A DNA stretch of 64,000 bases from an uncultured Planctomycetia bacterium (lineage in GTDB: Bacteria; Omnitrophota; Gorgyraeia; 1-14-0-20-64-10), in NCBI GenBank assembly GCA_964597545.1, contig CAZQXN010000009.1, positions 16 through 64,015 of the forward strand, written 5' to 3'. Shown here piece after piece: positions 20,522 to 29,904 of the stretch. The notes below the pieces were generated by a model. It was not told the DNA's origin and did no database searches. It saw only the letters and a program-made list of their open reading frames with translations. How positions within the stretch are numbered: position 1 is the first letter of the stretch; every line of letters begins with the position of its first letter. The position numbers and the translations under genes are program-made.

Positions 20522-22371
20522 TGGAGAGCCACGTAAAGAATGAAGGTCAGTCCTGCCAGCAGCACCAAGGCATAGCCTTGAACCTGACCGGTTTGTGCAC
20601 GTCTGAGTGCCGAGCCGGTGAGCTGCGTAAGCCGCGCGATACCGTTGACCCACAGGCCGATGATCACGATGCGCTCAAAGAGGCCCAAGAGTATGGCCAA
20701 CCGCTGTTGAATGTTTCGGTTGATCCATGCGTAGAGCTCATCCATGTAATACTTGCGCTTGAGGATCGTTCCCAGACCCAGGAATCGATCTCTCAACGCA
20801 GGCTGCAGTGAAAATCCTCTCTGGTAGATGGCATAGGCCAGTACCAATCCGGCGACAGCGACCCCAGTGGACAGGAGGGCCACCGGTAGGCTAAATGCGG
20901 TATGCGCTGATCCTAAGTGGGCGCGATGGAGGAAGGCTGGAATTCCCAGAAAGCCAGCTGCCGTCGAGAAGATTGCCAGGACGACCATCGGTATCGTCAT
21001 CACGCGCGGGGATTCATGAGCATGTTCTGCGGCAGCGGTGCGGGGGCGGCCTAAGAAAACAAACCAGGCCAGTCGCCCCACATAAAAGGAGGTCAGTCCC
21101 GCTGTAAACGTGCCCACAATGCCTAAGAGGGGGTTTTGGGTGAGGGCCAAGGCTAAGATTTCGTCTTTACTCCAGAAGCCGGCAAGCGGAAAGATTCCAG
21201 CCAGGGCCAGGGCGGCAATCCCAAAGGTGATGGAGGTCCACGGCATCCGTTTGAATAACCCTCCCATCTGGCGGATGTCATTGGTGTGCAGCGCGTGGAT
21301 GACAGACCCTGCTCCTAAGAAGAGCAGGGCCTTGAAAAAGGCGTGCGTGGTCAAGTGGTATGCCCCGGCAATCGCACCCCCTAGACCGATCGCCATAACC
21401 ATATAGCCCAGCTGGCTTAGGGTGGAATAGGCCAGAATGCGTTTGATGTCGTTTTCGACCAATGCCATGCTGGCGGCAAAAAGGGCGGTGAAACCGCCTA
21501 TGACTGCAATCCAAGACATCAATTCCGGTGCGCTGGATACCAGGAAGAAAACCCGAATCAGCAGATAGACGCCCGCTGCCACCATGGTGGCAGCATGAAT
21601 CAAAGCCGAGACCGGGGTAGGGCCCTCCATGGCATCCGGTAGCCAGACGTGTAGGGGAAATTGCGCTGATTTTCCGACGACACCACAGAAGATCAGCCCC
21701 CCGGCAGCTGCAAGCATCCCGGTCGTTATGGTGCCGCTTGCCAACAAAGACCCTAAGCGCTCTGCCAGCAGATAGAAGTTTAGGGTGCGCACTGTCCCAT
21801 CAGCGCCTGAAAGGTTCCACAGCATAAGGATACCCATGAGGAAGCCGAAGTCGGCCAGCCGGTTGACCAAAAAGGCCTTCTTGCCGGCTTCGGCCGCCTG
21901 GGGCCGTTCATACCAGTGGCCGATCAAGAGATAGGAGCTGGCTCCGACCAACTCCCAAAAGATGAAGAGGGTGATGAAGTTATTGGCCAGCACAATGCCC
22001 AGCATGGAGAAGGCAAAGAGGGCAAGCATCGCAAAATATCGCGGAACCCCTTGGTCCTTAGCCATATAGCCGATCGAATAGATGAAGATCATCAACCCCA
22101 CGCCGGTGACCACCAGGCTCATCAAGATTGCCGGGGCATCCAGGAGCAGCCCAAACTCAATAAAAAGTTCGGGCAGGACAATCCAAGGCAGAGAGGTTTC
22201 CAGGACGTGCTCGCCCAGTCGCAGAAGAGCTGCACAAGAGCCCAAGAAGGAGAGGGCCATCGCCCCTATGGCAAGACGAGCGCTGGCGCTGCGCGATTTA
22301 CGGGCAAAAAGCACAATACTCATGCAGGCGAGCATGGGGGCAAAGAGGATGATCCAGGGCAGCACTACCAT
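20518..22371 (-). CDS. nuoL: NADH-quinone oxidoreductase subunit L
   Basis: GKSAQFPLHVWLPDAMEGPTPVSALIHAATMV, THAFFKALLFL. Confidence 0.96.
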   Translation of the reverse strand: MVVLPWIILFAPMLACMSIVLFARKSRSASARLAIGAMALSFLGSCAALLRLGEHVLETSLPWIVLPELFIEFGLLLDAPAILMSLVVTGVGLMIFIYSIGYMAKDQGVPRYFAMLALFAFSMLGIVLANNFITLFIFWELVGASSYLLIGHWYERPQAAEAGKKAFLVNRLADFGFLMGILMLWNLSGADGTVRTLNFYLLAERLGSLLASGTITTGMLAAAGGLIFCGVVGKSAQFPLHVWLPDAMEGPTPVSALIHAATMVAAGVYLLIRVFFLVSSAPELMSWIAVIGGFTALFAASMALVENDIKRILAYSTLSQLGYMVMAIGLGGAIAGAYHLTTHAFFKALLFLGAGSVIHALHTNDIRQMGGLFKRMPWTSITFGIAALALAGIFPLAGFWSKDEILALALTQNPLLGIVGTFTAGLTSFYVGRLAWFVFLGRPRTAAAEHAHESPRVMTIPMVVLAIFSTAAGFLGIPAFLHRAHLGSAHTAFSLPVALLSTGVAVAGLVLAYAIYQRGFSLQPALRDRFLGLGTILKRKYYMDELYAWINRNIQQRLAILLGLFERIVIIGLWVNGIARLTQLTGSALRRAQTGQVQGYALVLLAGLTFILYVALQ

Positions 22372-22667
22372 CTCAAGTTTCTCACCTCATCTGCGTTGGT
22401 CTTTCCGGTATGCCGGACCAACAGCAGTGCGACAGCCAGACCCACCGCGATTTCAGCGGCTGCGACGATCATCACAAAGAAAACTATGATTTGACCGGTT
22501 AAGTCTCCCTGCGCTCGGGAGAAGGCAACAAAGGCCAGGTTAACGGCACTGAGCATCAACTCGATGCTGAGCAAAATCAGTATGATATTGCGCCGCGTGA
22601 TGACGCCGATCAAACCCATGGTAAAGAGAAGGGCGCTTAAGAGCAGCAGATGCGACAGGGTGATCAC
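22365..22667 (-). CDS. nuoK: NADH-quinone oxidoreductase subunit K
   Basis: RRNIILILLSIELML, AAAEIAVGLA. Confidence 0.95.
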   Translation of the reverse strand: MITLSHLLLLSALLFTMGLIGVITRRNIILILLSIELMLSAVNLAFVAFSRAQGDLTGQIIVFFVMIVAAAEIAVGLAVALLLVRHTGKTNADEVRNLRW

Positions 22668-23167
22668 GGCAACCTCCGCTTGGCAAGCGCAATGGCGCCG
22701 ATGATTCCTACCACTAAGAGGGCACTGGCCAGCTCAAAGGGGAGGGCATAGGTGGTGAAGAGATGCTTTCCCACCTCAGCGGTGGTCCCGAGAGGCGGGT
22801 GGGCTGCAGGGGGGAGCGCTTGCTGCAGGACATTCGGAAGAAGAAAAGCCAACTGCAGCAGGAAGAGCAGTCCAACAACGGTCCCGGTAAATTTGAGAAT
22901 CCGCCCCGGGGTTCGAGAAAGGGCTTCGGGAGCTGTATCAAGCAGCATGACCACAAAAAGGAAGAGCACCAGAACCGCCCCGGCGTACACCAAGATCTGA
23001 ATGATCGCCACAAAATAGGCCCCCAAGCCCACAAAAAGGGCAGAAAGACCTAAGAGTGTTACGACCAAGGAAAGGACAGAATAGACAGGATTGCGAGCGA
23101 GGAGAACTCCCAAGGCGCCCGCAAGAATCACCGTGGAAAGAGTGGTAAAGAGGACTGGATGAATCAT
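22664..23167 (-). CDS. nuoJ: NADH-quinone oxidoreductase subunit J
   Basis: NPVYSVL, QILVYAGAVLVLFLFVVML, PFELAS.LL. Confidence 0.95.
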   Translation of the reverse strand: MIHPVLFTTLSTVILAGALGVLLARNPVYSVLSLVVTLLGLSALFVGLGAYFVAIIQILVYAGAVLVLFLFVVMLLDTAPEALSRTPGRILKFTGTVVGLLFLLQLAFLLPNVLQQALPPAAHPPLGTTAEVGKHLFTTYALPFELASALLVVGIIGAIALAKRRLP

Positions 23168-23184
23168 GCGTGAAAAGGAAGGCC

Positions 23185-23230
23185 ATTATAACAAAACGCC
23201 GTTGACGCTTTTGGAAAAAATCGGTATCAT
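23185..23230. promoter_or_regulatory. Divergent sigma70 promoters for nuoJ-N and tkt
   Basis: Plus strand TTGACG (23202) -17 nt- TATCAT (23225); minus strand TGTTATAAT at 23193-23185. Confidence 0.65.
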
Positions 23231-23239
23231 CTGTTGATC

Positions 23240-24124
23240 ATGGCAACTCCCCACCTTCCCGTGGAACAACTACCCGCCCGTGCTCGTGACATTCGGAAAG
23301 AAGTGATCCGGATGCTGGCTGCGGCAGGCTCTGGGCATCCGGGCGGTTCCCTTTCGGAAGCCGAGATCCTGGCCGCGCTCTATTTCCATCTCCTTCGATG
23401 CGATCCCCGTCGCCCCGATTGGGAGGATCGGGACCGCTTTGTCCTGAGTAAGGGGCATGGGGTGCCTGCGCTCTATGCGGCCATGGCACTGGCCGGATAC
23501 TTCCCGAAGGAGAAACTTTCGACCTTGCGTCAGTTGGGATCCCCCCTGCAGGGTCACCCCGACATGCGGCGCTTGCCGGGACTGGAGGCCTCCTCCGGCT
23601 CCCTGGGGCAGGGGCTTTCCGTCGCCATTGGCATTGCGCTTGCTTTGGCCTTGGACCGCAAGGGGTGCTGGACCTACTGCCTCATGGGTGATGGTGAGAA
23701 CCAAGAGGGGCAGGTGTGGGAGGCAGCGGCTTTTGCAGGTTTTAGGCGCCTGGATCACTTGATTGCCATTGTAGATTACAACAAATTCCAGCTCGACGGC
23801 GCCATCAAAGATATCGGTGATCTGGAACCTCTTACCTCCAAATGGGAAGCCTTTCGCTGGCACGTCCAAGAGGTGGATGGCCATGACATTGCTCAGTTGC
23901 TGTCGGCTGTTGAGCAGGCCAAGTCCACCGAAGGCCAGCCCCATCTGATTATTGCCCATACCGTCAAGGGCAAGGGTGTTTCCTTCATGGAGGGGAACAA
24001 CGCCTTTCATGGGGTGGCCCCAACCCAAGAGGAGATGGAGGCTGCTCTGGCCGAACTCGATGGAGATCCATCCGCCTCCCAAGCCCTGATCGCAACTGGC
24101 AAGATCAAGCAGGGGGGCAAGTGA
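23240..24124 (+). CDS. Transketolase, N-terminal subunit
   Basis: GHPGGSLS, DRFVLSKGH, GSLGQG, GDGENQEG. Confidence 0.93.
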   Translation: MATPHLPVEQLPARARDIRKEVIRMLAAAGSGHPGGSLSEAEILAALYFHLLRCDPRRPDWEDRDRFVLSKGHGVPALYAAMALAGYFPKEKLSTLRQLGSPLQGHPDMRRLPGLEASSGSLGQGLSVAIGIALALALDRKGCWTYCLMGDGENQEGQVWEAAAFAGFRRLDHLIAIVDYNKFQLDGAIKDIGDLEPLTSKWEAFRWHVQEVDGHDIAQLLSAVEQAKSTEGQPHLIIAHTVKGKGVSFMEGNNAFHGVAPTQEEMEAALAELDGDPSASQALIATGKIKQGGK

Positions 24125-25086
24125 CCATGGCGGTAATGGCTAAGACGATGGGAAAGGCAACGCGCGATGCCTACGGCGAGGCCCTTTGTGAGCTGGGGCG
24201 CAAGGACCCCAGGATTGTGGTGCTGGATGGAGATCTCTCCTGCTCGACCCGGACCAGCCTCTTTGCCGCTGAGTTCCCGGATCGGTTTTTCAACGTCGGC
24301 ATCGCTGAAGCCAACATGGTCAGCATGGCCGGCGGCTTGGCCCATTCCGGGAAGATCCCCTTCATCTCCAGCTTTGCCTGCTTTATGACCTGCAAGGGAT
24401 ATGACCAACTTCGCATGTCTGCTGCTTTCCCTCGACAGAATGTTAAGGTGGTTGCCTCCCACGGCGGCATTTCGGTGGGCGAGGACGGCGTCAGTCAGCA
24501 GTCGATCGAAGATGTGGCCCTGATGACATCACTGCCCCACTTTACCGTTACCATCCCGGCGGATGAGCATGCGACCCGCGCTTTGGTTCTGCAGTCGGCA
24601 GTCCTGGATGGCCCCTTTTACATGCGGACCGGCCGGCCCAAGGCGCCGATCATTTATAAGCCGAGCGACTCCTTCCAGATCGGCAAGGGGATCCGTTTAC
24701 GTGAAGGTAAGGATGTGACCCTGGTGGCCAATGGGTTGATGGTCTACGAGGCCTTGGTGGCAGCAGGGAAGTTGGCTGCTCAGGGGGTCTCTGCCGCGGT
24801 TGTGGACATGCATACGGTCAAGCCCTTGGATGAGAAGCTGCTCTTGGCTCAGGCCAAGGCAACCGGGGCCATGGTCATCGCCGAGGAGCATCAAATCTGG
24901 GGCGGTTTGGGCTCAGCGGTTGCGCGCTTGCTTGCCAACAACAGTCCCGTCCCGATGGAATTTGTAGCGATCCAAGACATCTACGCAGAATCCGGAAAAC
25001 CGGCTGAGCTTCTTGAAAAGTACGGTTTAACGGCCCGCCAGATCACCGAAGCGGCCCAGCGCGTTCTCCCCAGGAAGAAGGGGTGA
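24121..25086 (+). CDS. Transketolase, C-terminal subunit
   Basis: ATRDAYG, GIAEANM, GEDG, VKPLD, EEH..GGLGS. Confidence 0.93.
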   Translation: MTMAVMAKTMGKATRDAYGEALCELGRKDPRIVVLDGDLSCSTRTSLFAAEFPDRFFNVGIAEANMVSMAGGLAHSGKIPFISSFACFMTCKGYDQLRMSAAFPRQNVKVVASHGGISVGEDGVSQQSIEDVALMTSLPHFTVTIPADEHATRALVLQSAVLDGPFYMRTGRPKAPIIYKPSDSFQIGKGIRLREGKDVTLVANGLMVYEALVAAGKLAAQGVSAAVVDMHTVKPLDEKLLLAQAKATGAMVIAEEHQIWGGLGSAVARLLANNSPVPMEFVAIQDIYAESGKPAELLEKYGLTARQITEAAQRVLPRKKG

Positions 25087-25727
25087 AGGTTTACCTCAAG
25101 CAGCTCGAGCTTGGACCCCTTCAAAATTTTGTTTACCTCATCGGCTCTCCTGAATCCCGACAAACTGCTGTTGTAGATCCAGCGTGGGATGTCCCCCGCA
25201 TCTTAGAGACTGCCCAGCAGGATGAGATGCGCATCACCCACGCCATCATCACCCACACCCATTTCGACCACATCAACGGCCTCGAGCCGCTCTTGGAGGC
25301 CCTTGACATCCAAGTGGTGGTGCATAAGAAGGAGGCAGATGCCCTGCCGATTGACCCATCCCGCGCTGAAGTGATCGAGGGAGGGCAGGAGATCTCCTTA
25401 GGGGGAGTGACCCTTTCGTTTCTGCATACCCCCGGGCACAGTCCGGGTTCAATCTGCGTGGCCACCGGGGATCTGCTCTTGACCGGGGATACCCTCTTTG
25501 TTGGGGGGTGCGGCCGGTGTGATTTGCCGGGCAGTGACCCCGAGGCGATGTATAAGAGCCTAACGCGTTTGAGCCAATTGGATGAGCAAATGGTCATTCA
25601 TCCGGGCCACAACTACGCTAACCAACCGACTGCATTGCTGGCCGAGGAGAAGTCGTACAACCCCTTTCTCCAGGCAGAAAGCCTCAATCAATTTCTCACC
25701 CTGGTTGGCTCTGTGCGCAGGAAGTAA
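25083..25727 (+). CDS. Metallo-beta-lactamase fold hydrolase (glyoxalase II-like)
   Basis: THTHFDH, HTPGHSPGS, TGDTLF, PGH. Confidence 0.9.
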   Translation: MKVYLKQLELGPLQNFVYLIGSPESRQTAVVDPAWDVPRILETAQQDEMRITHAIITHTHFDHINGLEPLLEALDIQVVVHKKEADALPIDPSRAEVIEGGQEISLGGVTLSFLHTPGHSPGSICVATGDLLLTGDTLFVGGCGRCDLPGSDPEAMYKSLTRLSQLDEQMVIHPGHNYANQPTALLAEEKSYNPFLQAESLNQFLTLVGSVRRK

Positions 25728-25730
25728 TCG

Positions 25731-26102
25731 ATGGATCGGATCTTAGTGACTGGACTGTCACTGCAGGCGCGCGTAGGGCTAACAGCTGCAGAGCGAAGGA
25801 AGCGCCAGCAGATCCGAATCGACCTGGAGCTGTCTCTGGACCTTCGACCGGCAGGCCGCCGAGATGAGATGCACCGGACGATCGATTATGCAGCGGTAGC
25901 AGCCCAGACCAAGCAAACGGCAGCGGCTCGGTCTTACCGGCTGGCTGAGGCTTTGGCTGAGGCGGTGGCCGAGGTCTTGCTCAAACGCTTTCGGCCGCGG
26001 GCAGTGCGTGTGCAGGTAAAAAAATTCTCAGTTCCAGGGACAGAATCGGTGGGCGTGGAGATTGTACGCAGATCTACCCGCGGTAGGTTGCAAAAGAGTT
26101 AG
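25731..26102 (+). CDS. folB: Dihydroneopterin aldolase
   Basis: DRI.V.GL, G....ER, TIDY, L.EALAE, V.V.K...VGVEI.R. Confidence 0.88.
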   Translation: MDRILVTGLSLQARVGLTAAERRKRQQIRIDLELSLDLRPAGRRDEMHRTIDYAAVAAQTKQTAAARSYRLAEALAEAVAEVLLKRFRPRAVRVQVKKFSVPGTESVGVEIVRRSTRGRLQKS

Positions 26103-26481
26103 GAGTTTCCCACAGGGTGACTTGGCTGACCGGGAACCCGGCGTGCCGGGCCCCATCAAAGATCATCTGGGCAAGTGTTTCAGCTGTTGGATTCCGGGGT
26201 AAGGCCACAAAGGGTTCTTTGAGGGCTTTAAGCTGAGGCACGATCGGGTCTTTTTCGTTTAAGAGCATCTTGTGATCCAGCACAGAATCGACCCACCCTT
26301 GAATGTGCTCCTTGACCTTTGCAAAGTCCATCACCATACCCAGCGGATTGAGAGTGTCGCTGGCCAGCTCAATCTCCACCTTGGCGTTGTGGCCATGCAG
26401 AAAGCGGCACGGACCCTTGTAATCCAAGAGCCGGTGCCCGTAGCAAAAGTGGATGACCTTGGTGATCTTGTACATGGACAT
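26074..26481 (-). CDS. queD: 6-carboxytetrahydropterin synthase
   Basis: GHRL, C..LHGHN, DF..K, LDH..LN, NPTAE, WETP. Confidence 0.9.
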   Translation of the reverse strand: MSMYKITKVIHFCYGHRLLDYKGPCRFLHGHNAKVEIELASDTLNPLGMVMDFAKVKEHIQGWVDSVLDHKMLLNEKDPIVPQLKALKEPFVALPRNPTAETLAQMIFDGARHAGFPVSQVTLWETPNSFATYRG

Positions 26482-26568
26482 TAGGTTGAAGCGGTTCCTA
26501 TATTAGAATGAGTTGCTTGCGCAATCAAGTAAGAGTCGTTCGGTCGTCCATGTTCACGGAGAGCTGCG

Positions 26569-26937
26569 GTGATGATCTATAAAGGTGGCATCGGGCAATG
26601 GTCCTGGGCGCTGCACCGGTTAACCGGTGTCGGAGTAGGACTCTTCCTGTTGATCCACATCATGGATACCGCCCTGATTCTCTTGGGGCCCGATCTCTAC
26701 AACAAGATTATGCACTTTTACCGGATGCCCCTCTTTGCTCTGATGGAGATGGGGCTCTTCGCAGCGGTTTTGTACCACACCCTCAACGGAATCCGCATCA
26801 TCTTAATTGACTTCTTCCCGGCACTGACCATACATCATAAGCGTCTGTTCGCGGTCGTTGCGATTCTCTTTATTGCCATCTTTGTGCCCGTGGCCGGCAT
26901 CATGGCAGGTCACGCCCTGGAGGGGATACAGCGATGA
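26569..26937 (+). CDS. sdhC: Succinate dehydrogenase cytochrome b556 subunit
   Basis: WSWALHRLTG, YHTLNGIRIILID. Confidence 0.9.
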   Translation: MMIYKGGIGQWSWALHRLTGVGVGLFLLIHIMDTALILLGPDLYNKIMHFYRMPLFALMEMGLFAAVLYHTLNGIRIILIDFFPALTIHHKRLFAVVAILFIAIFVPVAGIMAGHALEGIQR

Positions 26938-27356
26938 ACGTTTCCGGGGGCCATGAGCGGCCGGTAGGCGGCCTGGAGTTGTATGCTTGGCTCTTCATGC
27001 GCATCTCCGGGGTGCTCCTACTCCTGCTGGCCTTGGGGCACCTGTTTATCATGCATGTCTTTAACTCCATTCAGGTCATTGATTACGATTTTGTAGTCAA
27101 TCGCTACCAACATCTCTTTTGGCGGTTCTATGACTTGGCACTGTTGTGGCTGGCGCTGCTGCATGGGCTCAATGGGTTTCGAATGATTGCAGATGATTAT
27201 TTGCGCCCAGGGGTGCGGGGGATCGCCGTGCGCCTCCTCTTTGCCGGAGGGTTCTTTTTTCTGGTTTTGGGGAGCTGGGTGATCCTTGCTTTTCAACCGG
27301 CCTCCCCATTATCGGTACCGGGTACACTGCTGGAAAGTGTACCCGGTACCTTTTAA
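26934..27356 (+). CDS. sdhD: Succinate dehydrogenase membrane anchor subunit
   Basis: WLFMRISG, GHLFIMH, HGLNG.R....DY; C-terminal tail encoded by the palindromic element. Confidence 0.88.
   Translation: MNVSGGHERPVGGLELYAWLFMRISGVLLLLLALGHLFIMHVFNSIQVIDYDFVVNRYQHLFWRFYDLALLWLALLHGLNGFRMIADDYLRPGVRGIAVRLLFAGGFFFLVLGSWVILAFQPASPLSVPGTLLESVPGTF
27314..27350. repeat. Palindromic REP-like element, copy 3 (inside the sdhD 3' end)
   Basis: GGTACCGGGTACACT (27314-27328) ... AGTGTACCCGGTACC (27336-27350), a perfect 15-bp inverted repeat. Confidence 0.85.
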
Positions 27357-27360
27357 GGCT

Positions 27361-29106
27361 ATGGCTACCTATCGTTTTGACGGGTTGATCGTGGGTGCGG
27401 GCGGGGCTGGGCTCATGGCTGCTCTACAGGCCAGCCAAGGGTCTTCTTCAGATTCCGGTCCTAAGATTGCGGTCCTTTCGAAGCTCTATCCTACCCGCTC
27501 CCATACCGGCACAGCCCAAGGGGGAATCGGGGCTGCCCTGGGCAATTCCGAGGAGGATCGCTGGGAGTGGCACGTCTTTGATACGGTCAAGGGATCTGAT
27601 TATTTGGCCGATCAAGATGCGGTGGAGACGATGTGCCGCGAGGCGGTCGACACTGTCTATGAACTTGAGCACATGGGGTTGCCATTCTCCCGCACCCCTG
27701 AAGGCAAGATTGCCCAGCGGCCTTTTGGCGGGCACACCAAAGAATTCGGAAAGGCCCCGGTCCGCCGCTCCTGCTATGCTGCGGATCGAACCGGCCACAT
27801 GATCCTGCAGACCCTTTACCAGCAGTGCATCAAGCAGGGGGTCACTTTTTTTGATGAATTCCATGTGGTGGATCTTTTGGTTCAGGATGGGGTGACCTGC
27901 GGTGTCGTGGCCGTTGAGATTGCCACCGGCGAGCTCCACACCTTTCATGCCAAGGCGGTTCTCTTTGCCACCGGTGGCTGCGGCCGGATGTTTAAGATTA
28001 CCTCCAACGCTTTGACCCTCACCGGCGATGGCATGGGGGTGGTGCTTGAGCGGGGTCTCCCCTTAGAGGATATGGAGTTCTTCCAGTTTCACCCGACCGG
28101 CATCTACAAGATGGGGATTTTGATCACCGAAGCAGCGCGCGGGGAAGGGGGGATACTGCGCAACAAGGGCGGCGAGCAGTTCATGGAGCGTTATGCGCCC
28201 ACCCTTCTGGATCTAGCTCCGCGGGACATGGTCTCCAGGGCGATCACCCAAGAGATCAGAGAAGGGCGCGGAATTGATGGAAAGGGGTATGTGACGCTGG
28301 ACCTTACACACCTTGCCCCTAAATTGATTCAGGAGAAGCTTCCGGACATCTCAGAGTTCGTCAAAACCTATATCGGAATTGATCCTACCCGGCAGCCCAT
28401 ACCGGTCCAGCCGACGGCCCATTATGCGATGGGGGGAATCCCCACCAATGCAGATGGCGAGGTGGTCGTAAACGGTCAACAGCAGGTCATGCCCGGGCTC
28501 TATGCTGCCGGGGAGTGCGCCTGCGTGTCAGTGCATGGAGCCAATCGCTTGGGAACCAATTCCCTGGTGGACATTATTGTCTTTGGGCGGCGCGGCGGCA
28601 GGGCGCTGCGTGCCTTCGCTGAGAAGACCGATTGGCCCAGGCTGCCAAAAGACCCCCAAGGCCAACTCAGAGGTCGATTAGAGAAGCTGCGCAGCGGCGC
28701 AGGCTCTGAATCTGCCGCCCAAATTCGCCAGAGCCTTCAGACAGAAATGATGGATCACTGTTCGGTTTTAAGAACTCAGAAGGGTTTGGAACAGGTGCAG
28801 GGGGTGATCCGACAGCTTAAAGAGCGCTACAGCCATGTTCAGCTGCAGGACAAGGGAATGAGGTTTAATTCGGAGCTCTTGGAGGCATTGGAGTTGAAGC
28901 ATCTGCTTGGCCTTTCCCAGGTCACGGTTGCCGCTGCTCTGGCTCGGACCGAATCACGCGGTGCCCACTACCGGGAGGATTTCCCAGAGCGGGATGATGC
29001 CAAGTGGCTTAAGCACTCCCTCTGCCGCCTGGAAGGTAATCAAGTGTCGATGGAGAGCCGCCCGGTTGTGATCACCCGCTTTGAGCCCAAGGAGCGGAAG
29101 TACTGA
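27361..29106 (+). CDS. sdhA: Succinate dehydrogenase flavoprotein subunit
   Basis: GAGGAG, RSHTGTAQGG, QFHPTG, HYAMGG, HGANRLG, ESRGAH; ATG at 27361. Confidence 0.96.
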   Translation: MATYRFDGLIVGAGGAGLMAALQASQGSSSDSGPKIAVLSKLYPTRSHTGTAQGGIGAALGNSEEDRWEWHVFDTVKGSDYLADQDAVETMCREAVDTVYELEHMGLPFSRTPEGKIAQRPFGGHTKEFGKAPVRRSCYAADRTGHMILQTLYQQCIKQGVTFFDEFHVVDLLVQDGVTCGVVAVEIATGELHTFHAKAVLFATGGCGRMFKITSNALTLTGDGMGVVLERGLPLEDMEFFQFHPTGIYKMGILITEAARGEGGILRNKGGEQFMERYAPTLLDLAPRDMVSRAITQEIREGRGIDGKGYVTLDLTHLAPKLIQEKLPDISEFVKTYIGIDPTRQPIPVQPTAHYAMGGIPTNADGEVVVNGQQQVMPGLYAAGECACVSVHGANRLGTNSLVDIIVFGRRGGRALRAFAEKTDWPRLPKDPQGQLRGRLEKLRSGAGSESAAQIRQSLQTEMMDHCSVLRTQKGLEQVQGVIRQLKERYSHVQLQDKGMRFNSELLEALELKHLLGLSQVTVAAALARTESRGAHYREDFPERDDAKWLKHSLCRLEGNQVSMESRPVVITRFEPKERKY

Positions 29107-29807
29107 TGAAGGTCACCTTTAAAATTCGCCGCTTTGATCCTGAAAGGGATGCCAAACCCCATTGGAAGGCTTACACCGTTGAGCTTGAGCCAACCGATCG
29201 GGTGCTCGACGGTTTAGAGGCGATCAAGAATCAGTTGGATGGCACCCTGACCTTTCGGCGTTCCTGCGCGCACGGGGTGTGCGGATCAGACGCCATGATG
29301 ATCAACGGCAGAAATCGCTTAGCCTGCAAGCTGTTGGTCAAGGATGTGCGCCAACCGATCACCCTGGAACCCTTGATGCGCTTTAAAGTGGAAAAGGACT
29401 TGGTCGTTGATATGGAGCAGTTCTTTGCCCAGTACCGCTCGGTAAAGCCTTACCTTATGGATGCCGAAACCCCGCCGCAGAAGGAGCGGCTGCAGTCTCC
29501 TGAACAGCGGCAGCGCTTTGACGATACCACCAAGTGTATCCTCTGCGCAGCCTGCACCACCAGCTGCCCCTCTTTTTGGACCAATCCCGATTATGTGGGA
29601 CCGGCCGCTGTGGTTCAGGCCCACCGCTTCATCTTTGACAGTCGGGATGACGGGCAAGGGGAGCGGCTTAAGCTCCTCAATGAGCAAGCGGGGGTTTGGC
29701 GCTGCCGAACGATTTTCAACTGTGCTGAAGCCTGCCCCCGCGACATCAATGTTACCCGCGCTATCGGCGAGATCAAACTCGCCCTCACCAAGAAAAAGCC
29801 CAAGTAA
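29106..29807 (+). CDS. sdhB: Succinate dehydrogenase iron-sulfur subunit
   Basis: SCAHGVCGSD, CILCAACTTSCP, CRTIFNCAEACP. Confidence 0.96.
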   Translation: MKVTFKIRRFDPERDAKPHWKAYTVELEPTDRVLDGLEAIKNQLDGTLTFRRSCAHGVCGSDAMMINGRNRLACKLLVKDVRQPITLEPLMRFKVEKDLVVDMEQFFAQYRSVKPYLMDAETPPQKERLQSPEQRQRFDDTTKCILCAACTTSCPSFWTNPDYVGPAAVVQAHRFIFDSRDDGQGERLKLLNEQAGVWRCRTIFNCAEACPRDINVTRAIGEIKLALTKKKPK

Positions 29808-29904
29808 CCCCCTTCATTTTAGCCGGTTTGGCAACATTAGGTGTAGATAAATGTAGTTATTTACCTTGAAGTTAAGCAAAACTTAAGCCATACTTTAACT
29901 AACC

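Noticed and set aside
23240-25086. Split transketolase as a broken gene
   Set aside because: Two-subunit transketolases are common, and the halves are GTGA-coupled and intact.
767-27350. GGTACC repeats as a CRISPR array
   Set aside because: Copies are kilobases apart, are inverted pairs rather than direct repeats with spacers, and no cas genes are present.
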